Shown piece by piece: positions 18,292 through 31,300 of a stretch of 64,000 nt of DNA. The translations under genes and the position numbers were made by a program. This stretch comes from Dehalococcoidia bacterium (GTDB lineage Bacteria > Chloroflexota > Dehalococcoidia > Lucifugimonadales > UBA2985). A model generated the notes under the pieces. That model searched no databases and had not been told where the DNA came from. It saw only the letters and a list, made by a program, of their open reading frames with translations. The first letter of the stretch is position 1; every line of letters starts with the position of its first letter. The DNA lies in the NCBI GenBank assembly GCA_965247645.1, contig OZ252024.1, positions 865,683 through 929,682 on the forward strand. Reading direction: 5' to 3'.

Positions 18292-18794
18292 AGCTGTTCT
18301 CCTCTATTGTCGATACTACTTGATTTGTGAGCCGCAAAACCGGATACACCACAAAGACCGGATTGAGCGCGCACGCCCGCATTACACGGGTTAACGGACG
18401 GCCACCTCAATATGAATCTTGAATACAGCATTGCACGGAAGGCCATATCGAACATCGCACAGCGCATCTTGGCACAGTCTTTGTAACACACGTTAAGATA
18501 GTGCTGCAAGGGCGGGTATTTGTACAATGAGTTGGGCAGGCCAACACTCATAGCCATAACCGCCCATCAAAGGCTAAGGCAAGGCTGTTGGCAACCACCA
18601 AGAGTGGGACGGCGACAAACTCATATGGGCCTCCTCGGCTAGGGCATGAACCGTGATGGGACTGGCGCAATGCCCTATGTGATCTATCGAACAGTTCTCT
18701 AGGCGACCCCCCAAGCCCACCTAACTGGACAAAATCAAGAACCTTCTCGCTCAGGTTCGAGTTGGCCATGTAATCGGTGTTTTACCTAGCTCGG

Positions 18795-19140
18795 TGAGGC
18801 GCAAGCCGGAGTTGTGATGAGCGGGAGCTGGGAGAGACGGCGACCAAGGCCCGCGCCGCTATCGTCAGCTCCATCACCTGCCTGGAGCGCTTCCGTCGCT
18901 CCACCGCGTCAGGCCCCCGCCGCTACCCTCTGGCAGACTACATCAAGAAGAGGATGCGGGACTTCTTCGACCTGCTGGTCGGCGATGAGGTCCACGAGTA
19001 CAGAGGTGTTCAACACCCTGCGGGGGGCGTTGTCGAAGGCGTTGACCAGCGGCTCCAAAAGACTTCTGATCACCTACCAGCAACCGCTGTTGGCCTCCCC
19101 CGACGGCTGTATTTGGGGCGAGACGGTGGTCGACCCCAGG
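18795..19140 (+). pseudogene. Fragment of a DEAH/SNF2-like helicase (motif II region), decayed
   Basis: The frame gives ...RYPLADYIKKRMRDFFDLLVGDEVHEYRG. Similarity then continues weakly in another frame (GSKRLLITYQQPLL). There is no start and no complete domain. Confidence 0.3.
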
Positions 19141-19397
19141 ACCGATTAGGTAATCGTCCAGGCGCCGCCCTTATCCGAGGAGACGCTCTTTACCAAAGAG
19201 AAAGGTGCGCCGCCTACCCCCTAAAACATCTCCCACTTGTTAGGTGGCAAATTTGGAAGTATCATAAACTGACTTTTCATAGAACTCAGTGTAGTAACCT
19301 CAGCAGATAGTTGTGTGCCTTAAGTTGTGTGGCACTAGTTTTCAAGCCAGCTTGGCGACGCATGCCTCGCACGAGACAGGTGTGAGGTACGTTTTCT

Positions 19398-22300
19398 ATG
19401 CGAACTAGATCCAGGTTCCGGGGATTGGCACTAGTGGCCGCGATGGCGCTTGTCATCTTGCTCTCCGGGTCCTCCGGCCCGTTGAACACGTTTGCGCAGG
19501 CACAACCCCCGGAACAGCCGTCCGGGCTGCAGGCCCTAACCGGCGACACCCAGGTAAAGTTGAGCTGGCATAACCCCGGCAATGCGTCGATTACCGGGTA
19601 CCAGTACCAGCAAAAGATTGGGGGCGTTTTCGGCAGTTGGGCCGACATCGCCGGTAGTAACGCGCTGACCACGTCCCACATCGTGACCGGCCTGACCAAC
19701 GGCACGTCCTACACATTCCATGTCCGCGCCGTGAACGCGGCCGGGGAGAGCGCTCCGACCGGCGAGCAGTCCGCGACTCCGGCGGCGGCATCTTACGCTC
19801 CGGCCAGACCGCGAAACTTTTCCGCCACGCAGACTGGTGTCAGCCAGGTTGAGTTGACGTGGGACGCGCACCGTTACCCGCTGACCGTCACCGGTTATGA
19901 GTACATCGCCGCCGACGGCAGCGGCACCGTATGGAAAACCATCCCAGGCAGCGATTCCAGCACCGTCTCCCACACCGTCACCGGCCTGAGCGCCGTTCCC
20001 ACATACACCTTCGCTGTCCGCGCCGTCAACAGCGCCGGTTCAACTGAGTCCGACTCCCGGTCCGTGACTATCGTCGCCAAACCGGCGGCGCCCGACTCAT
20101 TCTCTGCCGTCGCGGGCGACGGACAGGTGTGGCTTCGCTGGAGAAGCCCCGCCGATTTCACCATATCCGCGTATGAGTACCGGCAGAAGGAGGGCGCCGA
20201 CGCCTTAGGCGATTGGCAGGCAATCCCCGGGAGCAGGTCCGGGACCACCTTCCACATCGTGACCGGCCTGACCAACGGCGCGTCCTACACCTTCCAGCTC
20301 CGCGCCGTGAATGCCGCGGGAGAAAGCGATGCGTCCGGCGAGCAGTCCGCGACTCCGGCGACGGCGTCTTCGGCCCCGGTCAAACCCGAAGGCTTTTCCG
20401 CCGCGCAGACCGGCATCGGCCAAGTGGAGTTGACGTGGGAGGCGAGTTCCAACCCGTTGAACGTCACCGGTTACCAGTTCAAGCAGAACAGCGGCTCTTG
20501 GACCACGATCTCGGAGAGCGATCACAGCGCCGTCTCCCACATCATCACTGGCCTGACCCAGGGCGTCGTGTACACCTTCGCCGTCCGCGCCGCCAACAGC
20601 TTCGACGAAAGCGCCTCCTCCGGGGCCCAGCCCGTGACTGTCGTCGCCAAATCGGCGGCGCCCGACCCATTCGCCGCCGAGGCCGGCGACACCCAGGTGC
20701 GGCTGACCTGGGATGACCCCGTCAATGCGTCCATAACCAAGTACCAGGTGTTTCAGTTTCCTGAGAGCATCAAGCTGATCTCTGACGACCGTGCGGACGA
20801 CGACGAGCTAGGGTGGTCAGTCGCCGTGGACGGCGACACCCTGGTGATTGGGGCACTTGGGGACGACCCCAACAATACCGGCGCGGCCTACGTCTTCACT
20901 AGGGACGCACGGGGCTGGTACCAGGTGGGCAAGCTCACCGCTTTAGTTCGCAGGGGTGATGCCGGCTTCGGGCATTCCGTCGCTGTGCACGGCGACACCA
21001 TCGTCGTTGGCGCGTACGAGGAGGACCACCCCGACCCCCCCAACGTCGATATGGGCGATGTTGGCGCTGCATACGTCTTCACCAGGCCCGCCACCGGCTG
21101 GGCCGACATGACTCAGACGGCCAGGCTCACCGCCTCCGACGCTGTGGCGAACGACGAGTTCGGAACTTCGGTGGCTGTGCACGGCGACACGATCGTGGTC
21201 GGGGCGCCCGAGGAAGACACCGGAGCGAGGGGCTCGGCCTACATCTTTACCAGGCCCGCAAACGGCTGGGCCGACATGACTGAGACGGCCACGCTGATAG
21301 GCCAGTCGGACGGCGACCGGTTCGGTCGCTCCGTAGCGGTGCATGGTGACACGGTCGTCGTGGGAGCGCACGAAGTGGGCGACAACTACCGAGGAGAGGC
21401 TTATGTATTCACCAAGTCCGCCGCCACCGGCGTCTGGCACGACTGGGATAAAAAGAAAGCAAACGTCGCAACTGGCAGGCTGACCGCCTCCGACCGCGCC
21501 ACCAACGACAAGTTCGGCTATTCCGTAGCCATGGACGGAGACACCATCGTGGTTGGCGCGCTCTACAACGACTACGACGACACCGACGGCGACACCGATG
21601 ACGATGAGGGTGCGGCCTACGTCTTCACCAAGCCCGCCGCCGGGTGGGCCACTGGAAATGAGACGGCCAAGCTTACCGCCTCCGACGGAGCCGAGAACGA
21701 CCAGTTTGGAATCTCCGTCGCGGTGGACGGCAACACCGTCATGGTTGGAGCGGACCAAGACGACAGCAAGCGCGGTACAGTGTACGTGTTCACCAAGCCA
21801 GACGGCGGCTGGGCCAACGATACAGATTCAGACGATGATGGTGAATTCGACCACACCACTGAGACGACCACGCTCACGGCCTACGATCGCAGTCAGAATG
21901 ACCGGTTCGGCAACTCCGTGGCGGTCGACGGCGACACCGTGTTGGTCGGGGCGGCCGGGGACGATAGCGCTAAGGGTTCGGCCTACGTGTTCGGCACCGA
22001 AGCGGAGTGGGCCGACATCCCCGGCAGCGGAGCGGGGACTACGTCTCACATCGCGACTCGTCTGCCCAACGGGGCCGAGCACACCTTCCGTGTCCACGCG
22101 GTGAATGCGGCCGGAGAGGGCGGTGCGTCCGAAGTGGACGAGACGCCGGTGGCGGCGACGTTCGGCCCCTCCAGACCCGGAGACTTCACCACCAATCAGA
22201 CCGGCATCGGCGAGGTGCGCTTGGCGTGGACCGCGAGCGCTAAACCTTTGACCGTCAGGCATTATACGTTCAAACAGGGCAGTCAAAATTGGGCCAAGAT

Positions 22301-25300
22301 CGACGAAAGCGATTCGAGCACCGCCTCCCACACGGTCACCGGCCTGACTGCGGGGACCAAATACACTTTCGCCGTCCGCGCCGTCAACGGTGGCGGTCAA
22401 AACTCATCTCCCAGCAAGGAAGTAACTATAGAAGCCCGGGCCGCGGCGCCCACCGGGTTCACCGCAGACGCGGGCGACGAGCAGGTGAAGCTGAGTTGGG
22501 ACAATCCCGTCGCCGACTCGCCGCCCATAGACAAGTACCAGCACTTGCAGATAGACCAGAGCAAGCTGACCGCCGCCGACGGCCTCCTGGGCGACCTGTT
22601 CGGATATTCGGTGGCGGTGGACGGCAACACCGCCGTGATCGGGGCGTACCAAAACGATCCTGGCGAAAGCGGCAACACCACCTCCAACGCCGGTGCGGCC
22701 TACGTCTTTACCAGGAGCTCGCCCACCGATCCGTGGAGCCAGGTAGCTAAACTCACCGCTTCCGACGGCGCGGAGAACGACGAGTTCGGAATTTCCGTCG
22801 CGGTGGACGGCAACACCGCCGTGATCGGGGCGCACCAAAACGATCCTGGCGAAAGCGGCAACACCATCTCCAATGCTGGCGCGGCCTACGTCTTCACCAA
22901 GCCCACCGACGGCTGGGATAGCGACGATGACGACATCATTAACGAGACCGCCAAGCTCACCGCCTTCGGCGCTGCAGCGGATGACGAGTTCGGAATCTCC
23001 GTCTCCGTCGCCGGCGACACCATCCTCGTGGGGGCGCACCAAAACGACCAAAGTGCCACTGTGACCAATTCCGGCGCGGCCTACGTCTTCACCAAGTTCG
23101 GCGGCCTCTGGGGCAACGCTCCGGTCTCAGGAGACCACAGAGTAGAGACCGCCAAGCTCATCGCCTCGGACGGCGCGGCAAACGACGAGTTCGGAATCTC
23201 CGTCGCGTTGGACGGCGACACCGCCGTGATCGGGGCGCGTCAGGACGACACCAGGAACGGTTCGGCCTACGTGTTCACGAAGGTCTCCGGCGTGTGGAGC
23301 CAGGAGGCGAAGCTGATAGCCTCGGACGGCGCGGCGGACGACGAGTTCGGAATCTCCGTCGCGGTGGACGGCGAGACCACCGTGATCGGGGCGCGTCAGG
23401 TCGACGCCAAGAACGGTGCGGCTTACGTATTCATCAAGGTCTCAGGCGTGTGGAGCCAGAAGGCGAAGCTCATCGCCGCGGACGGCGCGGCGGACGACGA
23501 GTTCGGAATCTCCGTGGCCGTGGAGGGCGACACCATCGTGGTGGGGGCGCACCAGGACGACGACAACGGCGATCTATCTGGCTCGGCCTACGTCTTCACC
23601 CGGGACTCCGCCGGTGGATGGGGCCAGAAAGCCAAGCTCACTGCCTCCGACGCCGCAGAGGGGGACCGCTATGGGTATTCCGTCGCTATCAGCGGCGACA
23701 CCGTCCTGGTTGGCGCCCCCTACAACGACTACGACGACACCGACAGCGACACCAATGACGATGAGGGTGCGGCGTATTTCTTGAGCGTTTTGGAGTGGGT
23801 CGACATAGTAGACACCCTGGATAGCGACGCTGGGACCAGATCTCACATCGTCGCCGGCCTGACGAACGACGAGGAACACACCTTCCAGGTGCGGGGCGTG
23901 AACGCCGCAGGCGCGGGTTTGGCCTCGGCCCGCGCCGGTAGTACGCCCATGTTTGCGATACCGGACCCGCCGGACGGGCTGACCGCGGACGCGGGCGATG
24001 CCGTGGTGGCCCTGACCTGGGACGACCCCGAAGATTCGACAATAGGGAAGTACCAACTGCTCCAGATTACTCAGGGCCGCATGCTGACCGCCTCCTCCAC
24101 CGACGACCCGGTGGCGCGGGGCGACGGGTTCGGAATCTCCGTGGCGTTGGACGGCAATACCGCGGTGATCGGGGTGTATCAAGACGACCACACCGACGAC
24201 GGCAACACCATCGGCAATGCCGGTTCGGCCTACGTCTTTACCAGGAGCTCGTCTACCGATCCGTGGAGCTGGGCGGCCAAGCTCACCGCCGATGACGGCG
24301 CGGCGAACGACGAGTTCGGAATCTCCGTGGCGGTCGACGGCGACACCATCGTGGTGGGAGCGCACCAAAACGACAGCAGCAAAGGCGCCGCCTACGTCTT
24401 CACCTGGAATTCGAGTAACAGTAAATGGGAACAGAAGGCCAAGCTCACCGCTTCCGACGCCGCAGCGAACGACGAGTTCGGAATCTCCGTGGCTGTGCAC
24501 GGCAACACCATCGTAGTGGGAGCACACCAAGATGACGACGCCACCAACGGCGACAATTCCGGTTCGGCCTACGTCTTCACTAAGCCCGCGGCCGGCTGGG
24601 CCACCGGCGCCGAGACCGCCAAGCTCACCGCCGATGACGCCGCGGCGGACGACGAGTTCGGAATCTCCGTGGCCGTGCACGGCGACACCGTCGTAGTGGG
24701 AGCGCACGGAAACCAAAACACGGTTGACGGCACCGATGTGAGCACCGGCGCGGCCTACGTCTTCACCAAGCCCGAGAGCGGCGGCTGGGCCACCGCCACC
24801 GAGACCGCCAAGCTCACCGCCGATGACGCCGCGGCGGACGACGAGTTCGGAATCTCCGTGGCCGTGCACGGTGACACCGTCGTGGTCGGGGCGCACAAGT
24901 ACGATGTCGGCGTCGGCACCGAGAAGGCTAACGCCGGTGCGGCCTACGTCTTCACCAAGCCCGAAACCGACGCCAACGGCGACAGCTCGATAGACTGGAA
25001 AGACTGGGGCTCCCTGGATGACGACGGCAAGGCCAAATTGACTGCGAAGCTCATCGCCTCCGACGCTGCGAGAGGAGACGCGTTCGGGATTTCCGTGGCG
25101 GTGGACGATAACGAGGACACCATCGTGGTCGGGGCCTACCTGGACGACGACAATGGCGACAATTCCGGCTCGGCTTACGCCTTCACACGGGATTCTAACT
25201 CCGGCAAGTGGAGCCATACGGCCAAGCTCACCGGCCCCTCCCGTGGCAAGGACGACTGGTTGGGGCATTCCGTTGCGGTGGTGGGCAATACCGTCATCGC

Positions 25301-28300
25301 CGGAGCGGGAAAGTCCAACATCAGCGGCCCAGATTCAGGCGCCGTCTACCTGTGGGTAGTCCCCGGTTGGGCCGACATCGCCGATAGCCGCGCGACGACC
25401 ACGTCCCACACCGTCACCGGTCTGACCAACCGGGTCGAGTACAGCCTTCAGGTCCGCGCGGTGGACAAAGTGGAAGGCACCGGCCCTCCCTCGGACGTCA
25501 GGGCCACACCGTTAAAGCCGAGGCCAGCGAAGCCGACTGAGCTTTCCGCTGCGCCCGGCGATACGCGGGTGAGGCTGAGCTGGGAACTCCCAGGCGAGAG
25601 CTCGCCGCCAATCACCAGCTACCAGCTATGGCAGCATGCCGAGAATGCCGTGCTGACCGCCGATACCCGGGAGGCGAACGACGAGTTCGGGTATGCCGTA
25701 GCGATAGACGGCGACACCGCCGTGGTCGGAATGCCCGGGGAGGACAACCCCGATAATTCCGGCGCCGCATTCGTATACACCAGGGACCCATTGGGCACGT
25801 GGAGCCAGGTGGCCAGGCTCAGACCCAGGGATCCGGGTACTAACTATAGATTCGGACTATCTGTGGCGGTACATGAAGACACTTCGAATGGCGACACGAT
25901 AGTCGTTGGCGTTCCCGACCACACGAACAAGACAGGGGCAGTATACGTATTCGGTGAGCCCGCCACCGGCTGGGCCAACGATGAAGATGGAGATGGAGAT
26001 GGAAACGTCGACCACACCACGGAAACGGCAAAGTTCCTAGCCTCCGACGGCGCGGAGGACGACGAGTTCGGGATTTCCGTAGCGGTGGACGGCGACACCG
26101 TCGTGGTTGGGGCACACCTGGACGACGACAATGGCACCAGCTCCGGCTCGGCATACGTCTTCACCAAGTCACCCGACGTCGCCTGGGCCGACGCCACCGA
26201 GACCGCCAAACTCACCGCTTCCGATGGCGCGGCGGACGACGAGTTCGGAATCTCGGTGACGATCGACGGTGACACCATCGTGGTTGGGGCCAGCGGAGAC
26301 GATAGTAGTACGGGTTCGGCCTACGTCTTCACCAAGCCCGCCACCGGCTGGGCCAACAGCGCAGGTGACCAGGTAGCCAAGCTAACCGCCTACTTCCGAG
26401 TCGATGGCGACGGTTTCGGGCGTTCAGTAGCAATCGACGGTGACACCATCGTGGTTGGAGCGCCCTACAACGACTACGACGACGACGACAACGATACCAA
26501 TGACGATGAGGGCGCGGCCTACGTGTTCACCAAGCCCGATACCGGCTGGGCCTACAGCCCAGGCACCGAGACGGCCATGCTCACCGCCTCCGACGGCAGC
26601 GGCGACGACCAGTTCGGGAGTTCGGTAGCGGTGGACGGTGACACCGTCATTATCGGGGCGGACGCCCTGAACTCCACCAGGTCAGGATCGGCTTACGTCT
26701 TCGCCAAGCCCGAGAGCGGCGGCTGGGTCGATAGTACCGAGGCGGCCAAACTCACCGGATCTGGAACCGCTGGTGGCGACAGGTATGGACTTTCCGTGGC
26801 AGTCTCCGGCGTCACCGTCATGGTCGGGGCAAACGGGCAAGGCGACAACGATCAGGGCGCCGCCTACATATATGGCATCCAGGACTGGAACCCCATTGAC
26901 GGGAGCACGGGAGAGACCACATCCCACTTTGCGACTGGCCTGACCAACGGTGTGGAGCACACCTTCGCCGTCCGCGCGGTGAACGACGGCGACGCTGGCC
27001 TCCCTGCCCAGAAATCCGCGGATACGGCGACGCCGGGATCGCCCCCCCTGAAGCCCAGGAACTTCTCCGCTGTGCAGACCGGCGCAAAAGAGGTGCGTTT
27101 GGAGTGGGGACAGACTGCCGATCCCCTGAACGTCACCGAGTATGAGTACATCCAGGACGACATTTCTAATGACGTAGACACTCCCGCTTGGGCTACCATT
27201 TCAGATAGCGATTTCGCCACCGTCTCCTACACCGTCTCCGACTCCAACCTGAGCGCGGGCTCCACTTACACCTTCGCCGTCCGCGCCGTCAACAGCGCCG
27301 GCGAGGGCGTCCCCTCCATCTCCCTGTTAGTTACAATCGTGACCGCCCCCGCGGCGCCCACCAGGCTCCGAGCCGAGCCGGGCGACGAGCAGGTAATTCT
27401 GAGTTGGGACCTCCCCGCCGAGGGCTCGCCGCCGGTCACAAGCTACAAGTACCAGCAAGGGGCGAACGGCGCTTGGAGCGACATAACGGAAAGCGGGGCT
27501 TCGACCACCTCCCACGTGGTTTCAGACCTGACCAACAACCAACGGTACACCTTCCGGGTCCGCGCCGTGAACGCGGCCGGAGAAGGCGCTCCGTCCGAAG
27601 TGGCTGCGACCCCGAGACGGGCCGGCTCGCGTCCCGCGGCCCCCGACGACTTCCTAGCCGTGCAGACCGGAGTCGGCCAGGTGAAGCTGAGTTGGGGTAC
27701 TCCCCAAGACCAGGACCCGCCAGTCACCAGGTATGCGTACCGTCAGGACGACAGTTGGACCACTATCCAGGGAAGCAACTCCAGCGCTACCTCCCACACC
27801 GTACGCGGTCTGAGCGAGGAAACCACATACATCTTTGCCGTCCGCGCCATCAATAGCCGCGGTGAACAGGACTCGGAATCCATTCCCGTGACAATAGAAG
27901 CCAAGCCCAAGCGGCCCACCGGGTTCAGCGCTACCGCCGGCGACACCCAGGCAACGGTCGAATGGCGTGTGCCAGATGACGAGGAAGATCCGCCAATTGA
28001 CAAGTACCAGCTTTTGCAGGTCCCCCAGAGCACGCTGACCGCCGAAGACCGCGCGGCCAACGACGAGTTCGGGTATTCGGTAGCGATAGGTGGCAACACC
28101 GCCGTGGTTGGGGCACACCAGGACGACGACGATGGTGATAGCTCCGGCGCCGCCTACGTATTTACCAAGGACCTCACCGGTAAGTGGACGCAGGTAGCCA
28201 AGCTCACCGCCTCCGACGGCGCAGCGAACGACGAGTTCGGAATCTCCGTCGCTATCGACGGAGACACCATCGTGGTTGGGGCGCACAAGGCCGACTACAT

Positions 28301-31300
28301 CGATCTCAACGACATTGACAACAATTTGACTGATTCCGGCGCGGTCTACGTATTCACCAAGTCACCCGACGTCGCCTGGGCCGACGCCACTGAGACCGCC
28401 AAGCTCACTGCCTCCGACGGCGCGGCGAAGGACGAATTCGGGATCTCCGTCGCCATCGACGTTGATACCGTCGTGGTCGGAGCGCACCAGCCCAGCTATC
28501 AAGACGAAAACGATGTGACCGTCGATGTGGGGCCCGGCGCGGCCTACGTCTTCACCAAATCCGGCAACGTCTGGGCCACCGCCACCGAGACTGCCAAGCT
28601 CATCGCTTCCGACGGCGCGGCGAACGACGAGCTTGGAATCTCCGTGGCCATCGACGGTGACACCGTCGTGGTTGGGGCGCGCCTGGACGACGACAATGGC
28701 GACAGTTCCGGCGCGGTCTACGTATTCACCAAGTCACCCGACGTCGCCTGGGCCGACGCCACTGAGACCGCCAAGCTCACTGCCTCCGACGGCGCGGCGA
28801 AGGACGAATTCGGGATCTCGGTGGCCATCGACGTTGATACCGTCGTCGTCGGAGCGCACCTGGAAAACGCCAATGATGACGACGTAGACACCACTGACGA
28901 CGTCGCTGACTCCGGCGCCGCCTACGTCTTCACCAGGAATGCCGGTGTGTGGGACAATGGGGTAAAGCTCACCGCTTCCAACGGCGACATGGGCGATGGG
29001 TTCGGCAAATCAGTTGCAGTGAACGGCAATACCGTCGTCGTCGGGGCGTATCTGTTCGACCGCGACGACCGCGTTGTTCCTGGCTCCGGTTCGGCCTACG
29101 TGTTTGCCAGGGATCCGAACTCCGGCAAGTGGAGCCAGACGCTCAATCTCGCCGGCCCCGACCCCGACCAGAACGACTGGTTCGGACACTCCGTTGCGAT
29201 AGGAGATGACGGTACTCTCCTGGCAGGCGTGCCCCAGGACGACGGTAGTCGCGGTTCGGCATACGCGATCAACATATCAAATGCGAAGTGGGTGGACTTC
29301 GTCTCAACAGAATTGACCATGTCCGATGACCGGTACTACGTCTACCGGGCGCTCCATCTGACCAACGACCAAGAGTACGGCTTTCGGGTGCGTGCCGTGA
29401 ACGCCGCAGGCAATACTCGTTCTGCGGAAACCGACGCGGCCACGCCCAAGCTTGCGAAGCCGGGCAAACCCGAAGATCTGGCCGCGAAGGCAAGAGACCG
29501 TGCCGTGGAGTTGAGTTGGAAACTCTCGGACGATTCCACCCTAGATCACTACGATGTACTGCAGCCTCCCGAGCAGACCAAGCTCACCGCCGGGTCCGAC
29601 AGCGAGGCGGACGGAAAGTTCGGGGAATCGGTAGCGGTGGATAGTGACACCCTCGTGGTCGGGGCGTATCAGCACGACGTAGACGGCAAATCCAACGCCG
29701 GCGCCGCCTACGTCTTCACCAGAAACCCGATCTCCGGTGAGTGGAGCGAGGTGGCCAATCTCACCGCTTCAGATCCGGCGGTAAACGACGAGTTCGGGTA
29801 TTCCGTGGCTGTGGACGGTGACACCATCGTGGTTGGAGCGCGCCAGGACGTCACTCGCAACGGCGCCGCCTACGTCTTCACCAAGGTCTCAGGCGTGTGG
29901 AGCCAGAAGGCGAAGCTCATAGCCTCGGACGGCGCGGCCAACGACGAGTTCGGATTCTCCGTGGCTGTGCACGGCGACACTATCGTGGTTGGGGCGCACC
30001 AGGACGACGACAATGGCGATATATCTGGCTCGGCCTACGTCTTCACCAAATCCGGCAACGTCTGGGCCACCGCCACCGAGACCGCCAAGCTCATCGCCTC
30101 TGACGGCGAGGAGGGCGATCGCCTTGGACGTTCCGTTGCGGCGCATGGAACCACCGTTGTGGTAGGAGCGAACCTGCACGACATCGGTACCAACGATAAT
30201 GCCGGCGCGGCCTACGTCTTTACCGAGCCAGCCAACGGGTGGGCCAACATAGATAATACTACTGCGGCCAAACTCACCGCCGACGGTGGCGAGCAATTCG
30301 GGTCTTCCATAGCGGTGGACGGTAACACTGTCGTGGTCGGGGCCCGCAAGAATAACGCTGCTTACGTATTCATTCTGGGCTCTGGTATGTGGTCCCAAGC
30401 GGCAAGGCTCGAGGCTTCTGACAGCGACGGGTCCGAAGAATTCGGGTCCTCCGTCGCGGTACGGGGTAGCACCATCGTGGTCGGGGCGGACTCCACCGAT
30501 ATCGACCCTTTCGATAGTGATGACGCTCGCTCAGGCGCGGCTTACCTCTTCACCAAGACGGACGGGGCCGTCTGGACCAACGATCCGAACAAAGACCACA
30601 GAACGGAGTCAGGCAGGCTCACTTTACCCATCGAAGAAGGGGCCGTAGAGAAGTCCGACGAGTTCGGAAACTCCGTCGCCCTGGACGGCCAGAGCATCGT
30701 GGTCGGGGCGCCCGAGGGCAGCGATGGCTTCGGTTCGGTCTACGTGTCGGGTATCCCGCAGTGGTCCCCTATTTCCGGCAGCAATGCTACCACCACCTTC
30801 CACACAGTCAGAGGCCTGACCAACGGCATGGAGTACACCTTCCAGGTCCGCACGGTGGACAAGTTGGACGATGTTGGCGCCGGCCCGCCCTCGGACATCG
30901 TTCGGGCCACGCCTGAGCGTAACAAAATCCCTGAAGCCATACCCGATGCCTTTACCATCAAAGAAGACACCGCGGAATTCTTCAACGTCATCGCCAACGA
31001 CACGGACATGGATGAGGACACCCTCAGCGTAACCGCGGTGAGCGAGCCCAGCAACGGCACAGCGGAGATCGTGGAAGGCTCGATGACGGAGGTCACCTAT
31101 ACGCCGGATGCCGACTTCCACGGTTCCGACTCGTTCACCTACGAGGTGAGCGACGGATACGGAGGTACGGATACGGGTAGGGTCGACGTAACCGTCACAC
31201 CGGTGAACGATGCTCCTGATGCCTCCAATGATATCTTCACTGTTTTGGAGAACGCATCGGCCACATCCCTTAACGTAATCGCCAACGACATAGACGTGGA

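Noticed and set aside
18288-18769. Track ORFs 18288..18557(-) and 18548..18769(-).
   Set aside because: No RBS, no recognisable motifs and odd composition. They lie in a region I interpret as decayed or non-coding.
28334-28860. Diversity-generating retroelement (template/variable repeat pair plus RT).
   Set aside because: The three mismatches between the 155-bp copies are C/G changes, not adenine-specific. Both copies are internal blades of the same gene. The only RT in the window is a truncated group II intron type 25 kb away.
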